Shown: in pieces, positions 20,869 to 31,493 of the stretch
How the letters are laid out: each line of letters opens with the position of its first letter
Position numbering within the stretch: position 1 is the first letter of the stretch
Origin: Chrysochromulina tobinii
Taxonomy: Eukaryota
Assembly: GCA_001275005.1 (NCBI GenBank)
Contig: JWZX01003070.1
Coordinates: 1-48,872, forward strand
Direction: 5' to 3'
Length of the DNA stretch: 48,872 bases
The notes under the pieces: model-generated
The model's input: only the letters and a program-made list of their open reading frames with translations
The model's database searches: none
What the model was told of the DNA's origin: nothing
Position numbers and translations under genes: made by a program

Positions 20869-22395
20869 TCAACTCAGCTTCGCCCAATTGTCCTCCATCT
20901 CCGCCGCGCTGAGCTTGCTCTTCGGCGCCGAGCTTCGCACGACGTTGCCGCCTCCCTTGATCGTGCCGCCCTTGGTCGCAGCCAGCTCGACGGCGCTCGG
21001 CAGGCTATTCACACCTCCGGGCACCCAAGGGCCTCGCAGCAACTCAGTGCGCGTGGCAGTGCCGTTCTCCTCGCCGTCGGCGTCGCACAGCACCTTTCGG
21101 AGCTCCGTAAGCCCCGCGTTGTGCAGTGCGCCGAGGGCGGCAGCGTCGCGTATCGAGCCCCCGCCCCCTTTGCGGCCACGGCCCGTAGCATGGTCGGCGA
21201 AGGGCCACTCCTCTGTGCCACCCGCGTAGCTCGCGTCGTCGTCCACGTCCGCGTCGGCGTGCCTGGCGCCTGCGGCCGGCTCCTCGGCATACTCGTCCCC
21301 GAGCACCTCACGCACCGGCCCCAGCTCGCGACCTCGGCTGTCGTGCACTGTGCCGCTCAGCACGAAGTACGTCCCCTCGGCGAGTGCCTTGCGCGCGTCG
21401 CGCTGCGCCACGCTGGGCGGCACGCGCGGCGGTGGCCGCGGGCCGGCCGGAGCGGTGCCTAGGCCAGTACCCGCGGGCGCGGCCCCCTCAGACGCCGCCT
21501 CGACGCGTGCCGATTGCTTCTTGGCAGCGACGAAGGAGCGATAAAAGGCGAGTTCCTCGTCGAGCTCGCCCGCGGGCGGCGCGGCGGCGGCGGCGGCGGC
21601 GGCTTCGTCGTCATCGGCGGCGCCATCGCTCGGCATCGAGGCCGTGTCGAGCTGCACCAGCCGCATCCGTGGCGCGGGTGGTGCGGGCGGCGCGGGTGGT
21701 GCAGCTGGCTTGGGAGGCGGCGCGGCAGGTGGCGGCACGGCGACAGCGCGCGCCTTGACATCGTCTGCCAGCATGGTGCGATAAAAGTCGAGCTCATCCT
21801 GTTCGGTGCATCCGGCGGGAGTGAGCAGCACCGGCAGGCCCGCCGTCACGAGCTCCTCGATCGAGCCGCGTTGCCGCGTTGCGGCGCCAGCCGCCGACGA
21901 TGGCCGGCTCGACGGCCGGCCGTGCGAGCTGCAGATGGGCCGATCGTCGTCGTCCGAGTTATCCTCGTCCCAGTGCTCGTGAGCCGACGGTGCGCTGCGC
22001 CGTTCAGCGGGCTCGCCACCCTTCGGTACCTTATCATCGCGCAAAGCGACTAGTGGCACGTGCACGGTCTCACCGTGCGTGCGCAGCAGCAGCTCGTCGA
22101 TGATCTCGGCGCGGCCATCTGAGGCTGCCGCGTCGTGCAGAAGCTCGACGACGAGCACCTCCGTGCCGCCGGGCGGCAGATCCACGCTTGAGATGTTGTC
22201 AAAGGTGGCGCGCTTCACGCACGCGCCACTCACGCGGAGAGCAGCGCTGCTCGGCAGAGTGAGGCGGAACGAGATGGACTGCGATGGGTCGGAGTTGCGG
22301 AGCAGCAGCCGACGCGTGGTGGTGCCTCCACTCGCTGCCGCACCGGCCGCCCAGGAGCGGTACACGATTGCCTGGGGCACTGCATAGAGCGCCAT
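20869..22395 (-). CDS. Hypothetical protein with an N-terminal ASH/MSP-like Ig-fold domain (possibly ciliary)
   Basis: RRLLLRNS..SISFRL...LPPGGTEVLVVEL...DELLLRT...VHVPLVA pattern. The remainder is low complexity with a repeated DE(L/E)xFYR motif. Confidence 0.62.
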   Translation of the reverse strand: MALYAVPQAIVYRSWAAGAAASGGTTTRRLLLRNSDPSQSISFRLTLPSSAALRVSGACVKRATFDNISSVDLPPGGTEVLVVELLHDAAASDGRAEIIDELLLRTHGETVHVPLVALRDDKVPKGGEPAERRSAPSAHEHWDEDNSDDDDRPICSSHGRPSSRPSSAAGAATRQRGSIEELVTAGLPVLLTPAGCTEQDELDFYRTMLADDVKARAVAVPPPAAPPPKPAAPPAPPAPPAPRMRLVQLDTASMPSDGAADDDEAAAAAAAAPPAGELDEELAFYRSFVAAKKQSARVEAASEGAAPAGTGLGTAPAGPRPPPRVPPSVAQRDARKALAEGTYFVLSGTVHDSRGRELGPVREVLGDEYAEEPAAGARHADADVDDDASYAGGTEEWPFADHATGRGRKGGGGSIRDAAALGALHNAGLTELRKVLCDADGEENGTATRTELLRGPWVPGGVNSLPSAVELAATKGGTIKGGGNVVRSSAPKSKLSAAEMEDNWAKLS

Positions 22396-22660
22396 GCAGG
22401 GCCGTTGTAGACGTCGGAACTAGCCTGTAGAATTCCGCAGACTCAACATGTACCCGGCTCCCCCCGGTGTCTTTTTACCGGTAGCTTGACTTGGGGGTTC
22501 GTTGACTCTACAAGTCTACATCAAGTCTAAATGTAACGGTCACAAAACTTCGTCGAGCCGTCCGAGTCGAATTGTAACGGTACCGGTACCGGTATGCTCA
22601 CGCACCGCGGCCAACTTTGCGCACGTCCGCAGGTTCGTGAATCTCTCAAGCCCGGCGCAA

Positions 22661-24004
22661 ATGCTGAAACCGAAGGAGAACCCCTTCCAAGAGGAAGTGA
22701 CGTTCATAGACGAAGACGGCGTGCAACGGACAGGCCGTGTTACTGACTACGCCACATTCCTCGAGCTCTTCTGCCCTGTGCTCTTCGAAGAGCCTGACGA
22801 GAAGCCGAGCAAGCCAGATGAGAAGCCCAGTGGCGAACCTGATGGCAGCGCTTGGGTGCACAATGGCAACTCTTGGGTGTGGGTCAGCGCGCAAGAGCGC
22901 AAGAGAGGGATCGGCCGTCTCTACTCCCCGCGCGTTCCGATGCCCCGGGCCCCTCTGTGGGTCCCCAAGTCTGTGCGGCCCAAGGTCCCACTGTCCAGCA
23001 TCATGGATGGCCTCGATATCCCTGACGATGCTCCAGTCGCCGTCGCGAAGCGAATGGATGAATCTCCGAAGAAAGACGCGACGAAGACAGGTAGACCAAT
23101 CCCAGTCGATTTCCCTCTCTCTCGCCTTGCGAATGCGCGTGCAGAAGCCGTTTTCCTCGGTCAGCATCCAAGCCTCGTACAGCGCGAGCCACAAGCAGTT
23201 AGCTTGTCGAAGCGGCGGGTGCACACGCTCAGCTCGTTGACCGACGGCATTCACCATGCAGATGAGCTTCGGGCGTACTATCAAGAGATGGCCCAAAGGC
23301 GGGAGAGCACGTATCAGTCGCGGCTACGCGGAGAGCTAGCGAAGAACGCGTCAAAATCCGTCGCTGCCGCTAACCAGCAGTTTCGCCCTAAGAGTCGTGA
23401 TCCCTTCCTTGACGCCAGCGATGTATTTGGCGCAAGCTTCGGCAACACGAACGCGCTCCTTTCTCTGGACGACCCTTTCTTCTCCGGGACGACGATGAGT
23501 GATTCCTGGCAGAGCGTGAGCAGCACTCCGTCATACACGCGAAGACCAAAGCTCGCCAGTCGTGGTGCCATGTCGGCCACGTCAGCGAGCCTCGCAAGCA
23601 ACGACAGCGCCGTCGGTGCAGCGATCAACGTGTTTCCATCTCCACAGCTGATTTGGCAGGAAGACGTTATGCTCGGCCGTCCGCTGACTGCGGTCGGTGG
23701 GCAAAACGCTCTCCACTGCGCTACATCAGTCGCTAAGCAACTTGGCCATCGTCAGGCTGTATGGACTGCCGCTCTTCGGCGTCCCGACTCGCTTCCCTCG
23801 TTGCCCAACCCGACCTACAGCGAGGCGAGGCGAACAGGACTCATCAGGACAAGGCCGCTCACGAGTGACATGCCGAAGCCGAAGCCTTCTTTTGCGTCTA
23901 TCTACAAGAGCCTGCCAAGAACGATGGAGGAACTCAACAGAGAAAAGACCATGGCCAAGGCATCATGGGTGGACGAGTTACTGAGTAAATCCGCCCGCGT
24001 CTGA
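22661..24004 (+). CDS. Hypothetical protein
   Basis: Long ORF with coding-like codon use from ATG 22661 (MLKPKENPF); no domain recognised. Confidence 0.65.
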   Translation: MLKPKENPFQEEVTFIDEDGVQRTGRVTDYATFLELFCPVLFEEPDEKPSKPDEKPSGEPDGSAWVHNGNSWVWVSAQERKRGIGRLYSPRVPMPRAPLWVPKSVRPKVPLSSIMDGLDIPDDAPVAVAKRMDESPKKDATKTGRPIPVDFPLSRLANARAEAVFLGQHPSLVQREPQAVSLSKRRVHTLSSLTDGIHHADELRAYYQEMAQRRESTYQSRLRGELAKNASKSVAAANQQFRPKSRDPFLDASDVFGASFGNTNALLSLDDPFFSGTTMSDSWQSVSSTPSYTRRPKLASRGAMSATSASLASNDSAVGAAINVFPSPQLIWQEDVMLGRPLTAVGGQNALHCATSVAKQLGHRQAVWTAALRRPDSLPSLPNPTYSEARRTGLIRTRPLTSDMPKPKPSFASIYKSLPRTMEELNREKTMAKASWVDELLSKSARV

Positions 24005-24111
24005 GTAAAAAGTCAGTGCGTAATCACGCCACGTCAAAATAAGAGTTGACTGTTGAGTATAATATCGACTCTGAAATCGACTCAAGAAAGCTCTGCTCCG
24101 TGGGCGGTCGT

Positions 24112-25767
24112 CTAGGTCCGGCTACCTTGGTCTTCCCGCGTGATCAGCAGCACCGCCAAGCGTAACTCTGGGAAGAGCTCGCCGGTGAAGGAGCACTCGC
24201 TGCCGTCAGCGTTCGCTTCGGCATCGCCTCTGGGTGCTGCAAGCGTACCGTGTGCAGGCTCCGACCCCTCGCCCGAGCTGGGCCAAACCTCTCTGTAGCG
24301 CAGCCCTTGGGCACGCAACGCCTTGAGAAAGTCGCAGTCAAGGAACTCGAAGCGGTTGAATGTGTGAGCGTACAGGATTCTCGTGCGCGGCTGGGCAAGA
24401 GCGGCGAGAACGCGAGGCAGCATGCTCACACCCGCCTCGTTGTACACCAAGTCGCTGCCGAGTACAAGGTCCCAACGAGTGCTCAGCAGCTCGACGCACG
24501 CAGCAGGTCGGCATGCGCCGTGGTGAGCGCCCTGGTCCATCCATGCCCAGTCCAGCGCCGCGGTGCGCACAGTCGTGAGCGGCACGCCGGCATCACGGTT
24601 GCGCTGCACATTGTAGTCGAGCCACCGCAGGGCTCCGCCCTGTACCATCTCGGTGAGCACCATTTCGGACAAGTCGTGCCGCGCCGCGAGCGACATGCCC
24701 AGCCAGCCGGTGCCGGCTCCGCATTCGAGCACGGCGGGGCGGCCGACCAGATAGTGCGGATGCGCTTCCAAGTAGCCGAGCAGATGGACGGCCGCGTCCC
24801 AGACCTTACCTCCCGTCGTCTGCTCAGTCACGACGGAGGTAAAGGCTTCAGAGCTCGCAACGCTTATCTCGCGCATGCCGTCGGCCGCGGCGCTGGCTCG
24901 CACCGCTCGATCTGTCGCACAATCCTGCTGAGCTCCGCTTTGCACGTGGCCACCATAGCCCGAGGCTATGGCTGTGCAGGAAGGGTCCGGTGTGGCCGTG
25001 GCCGTGGCGCACGGCGCCGCTGCTGCTTCCGAAACCGCTGCTGCCGACGCCTCTGTAGCCGGCGCAAATGCGCCTGGGCCGCCGAAGATGCCACGATGTG
25101 GCATGTCCTCTCGGTGCGCCTCGCCGCCACCCAGCGGCACTCTCCAATGCACAAGGAATGGCTCGTTCTGCAACGGCGAGATACGAACCAGTCACAGGGT
25201 GATGACTGAGGAGACGAGTCAGCCCAAGAGCAAGAGTGGTGCGAGCGTGGGAAGCACCTGCCCAGCGCGAGAGATGAGGGCGATCTCGCCGACCTGGCAG
25301 GCGAGGGGCTCGAAAGAGTGCTCAATGCGCGCCCTCAAAGCCTCCACGTCAGATGCGCCGGTGAACTGGCCCACAGTCAGGTGCGGTACGAAGGCGCCTC
25401 GTGCTGTTTGGTCAACGCAGTGCGGCAGTACCGCCATGCAGCAGCTCTGCAAGGCTTGCCACTGCTCCAGAGCTCCGTCAGGGTCAAGCCACGCGGTGAA
25501 ACTCTTTTGACTGTGCTTGAAGTGCTGCAGGCGCTGCATGTTGACAGAAAAAGGAGGCAGACGTGCCAGCGCGCTGGCAAGCATTGCTGCAGCGAGCTGG
25601 AATTCACTCACTGGAACAAATGGGTACAAAAGGTTGACGTGCGGAGGCCAACGGTCGATTTGGCGGTCAAATTCGGCGCGTAGCGCTTGGATAGCTTCCT
25701 GCTGTGCAATTGGTGGGATCCAGCACAAAGCCGAGGTGTGCACCTTCACCTTCTTGGCGACGGCCAT
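24112..25767 (-). CDS. Fusion of a 2H phosphoesterase (2'-5' RNA ligase superfamily, LENG9-like) and a family-16 SAM-dependent (METTL21-like) methyltransferase; exons 25767-25258 and 25167-24112
   Basis: 2H motifs RWPPHVNLLYPF and FVPHLTVGQF. The intron 25168-25257 (CAG|GTGC..TTGCAG) joins ISRAGQ|NEPFLVHWRVPLG and completes the 2H domain. MTase motifs TGGKVWDAA, VLECGAGTG, LDW and DLVLGSDLVY. Confidence 0.85.
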
Positions 25768-25958
25768 TGCGAAGACGCGGAGAGAGTTTCCACACGAGGG
25801 GTGTGCGCTCCTAGGGTTTATTCCTGGTATGAAACAGCACATGTTGGGTTGAAACCTTTGCTTTGTGGAAACGGAACGTCCGCGAAGAAAGCGAGCGCTC
25901 CGCCCTTCGATACGGCTGCTCCTGGCGGGCTTCACTGCAAAAAGAACTCGAGTTCTAC

Positions 25959-28900
25959 ATGCAGGACCCGGGCCAGGCGCCAGCAGGCGATGCCGAGACA
26001 GCGTTCGCGGCTGGAAACATAGGCGTCGTGTACGGCGATGCTCTATATGACCCGCCACACTATGCGGCCGTTCTTTCACCTCCTGCTCCACCGCCGATGC
26101 CAGTGCCCGCTATGATGCCTGCGGCGCCAAACGCGAGCGCGAGCCGCTCGGTGTGGCTCGACACGCCCCTGGCGCACCAGATGGTGGAGAAGATGGTGGA
26201 GAAGGAGGAGGTTGTCGGGAGTGGGAAGGACCAAGAGGAAGGGGAGGATGATGGCGAGGTTGAGGAGGAGGAGGAGGAGGAGGGCGAGGAGGAGGGCGCC
26301 AGCATTCCGCCTCTCGTCCCGGTCCATGCGACAGCGCCTACGTCAGCGCCCACCACGATTGCGAGTGTCTACTACAGCGCCGTCTTCCTCACTCCAGCCA
26401 GCATAGCCACGTTGCAAGCCAGGTACCCGCCGTGCCATGCGACGTTGCCTCCCTCGATGCACATGACGCTCGCCTTCCAGCCCGACACGGCGCACCTGAA
26501 TCGGCTGCTGCCGCACCTGGGCGAGGCCTGCCTCGTACGCGTGCTGGAAGAGGTGAGGGACGGGCGCGGCCAGGCCCTACGAGTCGAAATACTCTCGCCC
26601 ACCATCGTGGCGCTCGCGAAGAAAAATCCCCACATCACCCTCTCTACAGCGCCTGGCACGTCTGCCGTTTATTCGAATGAGCTGCTCGCGCAGCACTGCC
26701 AGGAAGCCACGCACGCGCCTGCAGCCGAGCCCTCGCTCGAGGCTGACGAAGCTGACGAAGCTGACGTGCCCGCCCCACTCGCCGTGGTCGGTTTGGTCGG
26801 GGTCGACGAAGCTGACGAAGCAGACGAAGCTGACGAGCCCGCCCCGCTCGACGTGGTCGGTTTGGTCGGGGTCATGCTCCGATCGAGCGCCGTCCCGAGC
26901 GAGCACCGACCGAGCGCCGTCCCGAGCGAGCAGGGTCCTGGCATGCTCCGACCGAGCGCCGTCCCGAGCGAGCAGGGTCTTGGCATGCTCCGACCGAGCG
27001 CCGTCCCGAGCGAGCAGGGTCTTGGCATGCTCCGACCGAGCGCCGTCCCGAGCGAGCAGGGTCTTGGCGGAGGCGGGTCGGAGCATGGGTATGGTTGGAT
27101 GGAAGTGTGGACTTCGGAGTCTCACCAGGCAGAGCTCACGCGGCTCCTGCAGCCGCACACTACCAGCGCGCCCAAGATGGATGCACTGCCGCTGCCCGGG
27201 GCAGGTGGGCCTTCGGCGCCCGTTACGGCGCCCGTGCCGTCAGTGGCCCCACCACGCCACAAATCTTCGGCGATTATGATCATCGACCCGACGACGAACG
27301 AGGCGATCGACCTTACGTATGCGAAGCCGAAGCCGAAGCCGCCAGAGGCCGCGGCGGCGCTGGCGCCGGGCGTGGCGCCGCCGCAGCCTGCGACGCCACA
27401 CCCATCGGTCGAGCGCCGTCCTGAGCGATCGGAGGGCGTTGAGCGTCCCTTGGTGCTCGGGACGGCGCTCGTGCGAGAGGAGGAGCGGAGCGCTGCGGGG
27501 GAGGTCATCTATGCTACGCTACCCGATGCCCTGTGGGGCGCCGCCGCGCGGGAGCCGTTACTCCTGCCGCTCAGCCAGACCATCCGCGCCGCCGCCGCCG
27601 CTGCCGCCGCCGCTGCCGCCGCTGCTGCCAGTGCCACCGCCGCTGCTGCCAGTGCCACCGTCGCCACTCATACCGCTTCCGACGCAGCCGACACAGCCTG
27701 GAGGTCGGCCGCGCTCCCCGAGGGAGCCTGCCTCGTGCTGATCATGCGAGGGCTGCCTGGGTGCGGCAAGAGCACAGCCACCCGCCAGCTGCTCGCTGCT
27801 TGGGAACTGCTCGCCAGCCAATCGTCCCACGTGAGCTCGAGAACCGCCGTCTGCTCGGCTGATGTCTTCTTCGAGAATGGCGCCGGGCTGACTCGGCGGC
27901 AGCTGCACGAGCTCGCCGCCTCCAAAGGCATGCGAAGTCCGGACGAGGCTGCACAGCACGGAGGCATTTACCGGCTGTGCTTCGACAGGAGCAAGCTGGG
28001 CGCGGCGCATGAGTCGTGCCGACGCGCCTTCGAGAACGCCCTGCGCGCTCGCACCGGACTGGTCATCGTCGACAACACGAATACCCAGCTCAAGGAGTAT
28101 GACAATTACAAGCACACCGCGCGCCGCGAGGGGTACGCCGTCGCCGTCGTCGAGCTGCGCTGCCCCGACGAGCCCGGGATCTTCGAGCAGGTGGGTGTCG
28201 TGAATTGCCTCTTGATTGCCTCTTCTGATTCCCTCCTCTGATTGTCTCTGATTGCACGCGATCTCGACCCTCGGGATCTTCGAGCAGCTGCACGCGCGCA
28301 ACACGCATGGTGTGCCAATGGAAGTGCTGCGCACGATGATAGCGCGCTGGGAGCCCGATCCGCTCTCCGCGGTCGCGCTGATGCGGCCGGGGGGGCTGGA
28401 GCGCGCGACCGATGTCAAGGGTCCACCGGCTGGTCGTGCGGTGCCACATGCGCCCGATACGGCGCTGGGCTTGGAGCTGCTCCAAGTGACGAATCGTGCA
28501 GTTGCGGGACACGACGCTGAGGCTTTGAAGACTGAGGAGGATGGGTGGGAAACCGTCAGTCGGTCCAGCAGCAGCAGAGGGGGCAGCTCAGGCGGCAGCC
28601 ATTGGGGTGGCAGCAAGGGAGGCGGCACCATTTTTGGCGGCCGCGGCATGGATGGCGGTCGTGGCAAGGGCGGAGGGGGCAAGGGCGGAGGGGGCAAGGG
28701 CGGAGGGGGCAAGGGCGAAGGGGGCAAGGGCGGAGGGGGTAAGGGCGGAGGGGGCAAGGGCGGCAGGGGCAAGGGCTGTCCGACCGCATCCTCGCCAGTT
28801 CCTCGAGTCGTGCCGGTGAGCGCGCCATTCCGCCCTTTCGCCGTAGAGCTCATCGAACGCCCGCGGCACACCGTCCCCGCATTCGGCGAGGATGGCAGGA

Positions 28901-29349
28901 CGTGGGTTGGCGCTCACTGGCACGAGGAGACGGCGCCGCGCACCTTCAGCGGCTTCTTCTTGCCGCTCATCTTTTCAGGGCTGGGCTCTATTGAGGGGGT
29001 TGAATGGACCGATGCACACTTTGACGGCAGACCCGCGGCTACGCCTGAGAGCATCGCCGCCGTGCAGCCCTTCTGGCGCGCTCTCTTCTCGCATTGGGAT
29101 CTTTGGGTGCAGGCGGTGCGCGTGGCGGCACAGGCCGGCCGGCTGGCCGAGTTTCTCGCCAAGGGAGTCACCTCGAAAGCCTCCACGCTGGTGCCGCAGC
29201 GACTGCCCGCGATCGACGCTTGGACCTACGGCGCGGTGCCGCACCTGAAGCCGCAGAGCCAAAACGACTTGATCGAGCTCGCACTGGGGCCAACCGAGTC
29301 AAGCCGCTTCTACTCCTGTGTCCTCGCGCTTCACGAACGTGGACGATGA
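25959..29349 (+). CDS. Multidomain protein: cyclic-phosphodiesterase-like 2H domain, N4BP2/CNPase-like P-loop kinase, (GKGGG)n tract and an unknown C-terminal domain; exons 25959-28190 and 28288-29349
   Basis: YSAVFL, HMTLAF and PHITLS (two HxT motifs); LIMRGLPGCGKST Walker A, CSAD, VIVDNTN. Splicing 28191-28287 gives FEQ|LHARNTHGVPMEVLRTMIARWE and completes the kinase lid. Confidence 0.82.
26738..27068 (+). repeat. Coding tandem repeats: a 69-bp duplication (EADEADEAD.PAPL.VVGLVGV) followed by 42-bp units (MLRPSAVPSEQGLG), about 4 copies
   Basis: Directly visible near-identical units. Confidence 0.9.
28191..28287 (+). other. 97-bp phase-0 intron whose last 16 bp duplicate the last 16 bp of the upstream exon
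   Basis: CGGGATCTTCGAGCAG at 28175-28190 and 28272-28287; internal TGATT(G)CC/CTCT-type microrepeats. Confidence 0.85.
28662..28775 (+). repeat. 15-bp coding repeat (GGCAAGGGCGGAGGG)n encoding GKGGG
   Basis: Directly visible, about 7 units. Confidence 0.92.
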
Positions 29350-29652
29350 GAGTATGACACTCAAACTGCGGTGGGGAAGCCTGTGCGGCACAAACATTCG
29401 TTCGGTTAGGGACGAAGCTCGAAGGAAGGGACCTTAAAAAGAGCATTGATGAAATGAAGACCTTTGACCACTGAGACAGACTCCCTTGGATGCATGGAAT
29501 TAAATTCCAAAATTGCCGTTAAGTTTCCGCTCCCTGATGGCCTGGACGAGAGTGCATGCAAATTTCAGAATGTGTTTCTATTTTTGTGCACGTTACTGAG
29601 GCGTGCAACTGCGGCGCCTCTCCCAGGTCGACGATCTTCGCCACACAGGAAG

Positions 29653-30723
29653 ATGGCCGAAACGCATCGCCACCTTGAGCTCGAGGAGGAGCATCAGCGG
29701 CGGCCGCGCAAAGGGGTCGACATGGCAGTTCTTTGGAGTGAAGCGCTGGCAGAATTGCCGCGCACCACGTCCCCCTCGACGTATCGGTCAGAGCGATCAA
29801 AGGAACGTATTGCGGCTATGCGATGGCGCGTCGATCGCCACCAAGCCGACGATGACGAACGAATTTCCGCCGATAGGCAGAGAGAGGATGTCGAGAAGTA
29901 CAATCGCGAAGGCGCTCAGGCAGTCATTGACGCTCACTGCCTGAGCGCCAACGACATGATACCACGTTGGGCGCGCGAATCGACGATGCGCGTCCACAGC
30001 CACACGGCCGCCAACTCCTACTTCGAGACGACGCGGCCTCTGCAGAAAGCGGGCGGTGCTGGGGCGTGGGGCAGGCTTGAGAGCATGTCCTCGACCTCGA
30101 CCCTCGCCTCGCACAGAAGTCCACTGCGCGCGAGCGCGAGCAGCTCCGCGTTGCTCGAGAGGACGGGGAATGCCGAGGGCGGGCGCGACACGCTACAGGC
30201 CACTGCGCCGCACGTCCTCCTCAATGTTTCGCTCGGCAGGTCCAGCGCGAAAGTCGTGCCTGACTATGTGCGCTTCCACAGACCTCCGGCCTTGCCAGCA
30301 AAGCGCGCACTCATGGCGTTTGAGAGGGCGTACGCCGTCAAGAATGAGGCGTGCTTCCGCGAGCACCTGCGCGTTGAAAAGGCGCACCGGCTGGCGGAGA
30401 CGGACGAATGGCACACCAAGATGAATTACCATCGCTCGCGACAGCTCCTAGTCCTGGGGAAGCAGCACGACACGGTCGTCGGGAGCTACCCAAGCCGCGC
30501 CTTCACAGCCTCAGCCTCCTGGGCCAACCTGAGCGACTCCAGCTTCCTGCCGACGCGTGCTACGACGCCGCAGGAGCTTCACCACACTAGTTTCACCGAG
30601 AGCTTCTCGCCAGCCAACAGCGACACCTATAACAGGGACCTAGACGTGAGTCGAGCCATGAGACCACCCATGCTCACGACGTCCACGCGAATGGTCAGCG
30701 TAACTGGTCGGCGTGTGAGATGA
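29653..30723 (+). CDS. Hypothetical protein
   Basis: ORF from ATG 29653 (MAETHRHL) with coding-like composition; no domain recognised. Confidence 0.62.
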   Translation: MAETHRHLELEEEHQRRPRKGVDMAVLWSEALAELPRTTSPSTYRSERSKERIAAMRWRVDRHQADDDERISADRQREDVEKYNREGAQAVIDAHCLSANDMIPRWARESTMRVHSHTAANSYFETTRPLQKAGGAGAWGRLESMSSTSTLASHRSPLRASASSSALLERTGNAEGGRDTLQATAPHVLLNVSLGRSSAKVVPDYVRFHRPPALPAKRALMAFERAYAVKNEACFREHLRVEKAHRLAETDEWHTKMNYHRSRQLLVLGKQHDTVVGSYPSRAFTASASWANLSDSSFLPTRATTPQELHHTSFTESFSPANSDTYNRDLDVSRAMRPPMLTTSTRMVSVTGRRVR

Positions 30724-31013
30724 CCGGCAACAGATCATGTACACGCCACTTGCGTAGTCTTGCGGGGGTTGACGCAGAGCAATCATGCGAACTGCACTGA
30801 TCTCGCGATGGCCGATGCGATGCGCTGTGTTAGTTTTGACGATCATGCATCATGGTGGATTGTCGTGAATACGTGTAAAATACGTGTCGCTGAAGACGCT
30901 CATTAGCGCGACGGCGTCATATTCTGACGCTCGGCTGCGCGTCGGCCCCGTCGGCGTCGCTGGGCAGTCGCTGGGTCGGATCGCCCAGCCTGGCAAGCAT
31001 GCTGGCAAGTCAA

Positions 31014-31038
31014 AAGTCTGAGACTAAGTCTCAGACTT
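31014..31038. repeat. Perfect inverted repeat AAGTCTGAGACT-A-AGTCTCAGACTT
   Basis: 12-bp arms with a 1-nt spacer, between convergent genes. Confidence 0.85.
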
Positions 31039-31493
31039 ACGTTAGAGAGTCCACGGTGTCTGAGATCACTTCAATGACAAAGGTCACGTCTCCACGAGAC
31101 TGGCAGGGAGAGCGCCCCATGGAGCGCCCCCGAGCCCCGTCCCGCGTCCGGACTTCGCGCGCATACCGCAATCCGCATACAATCCGCATTACGTATTTGA
31201 TCATTCCCTTATTTTATTACAATATACAGTTACACATTACAGACACACAGGAGCGTCGAGACGGTCATCCGATGATCGCGTCGTGTCACACGAGCTTCGA
31301 CGACAGCACAGCGGCACTGTACACTGTATCCTTTTCACGCGCGTGCGTACGGCCTTGCTTTTCGTACAGCGTACGGTCGGGCCCCCACACAAGTTGAGGC
31401 ACAGTTAAGCTGGGTGAAGCTGTACGGCCGCCGCGTAGTACGGGTCCGACAGACAAAGGTCGTTTCATGCAGTATTTGTAGTACGCCGCCTCT

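Noticed and set aside
24112..25173. Methyltransferase as a Hen1-type RNA 2'-O-MTase
   Set aside because: The motifs (GGKVWDAA, LDW, GSDLVY) are those of family-16 protein methyltransferases, and the Hen1 metal-binding motifs are absent.
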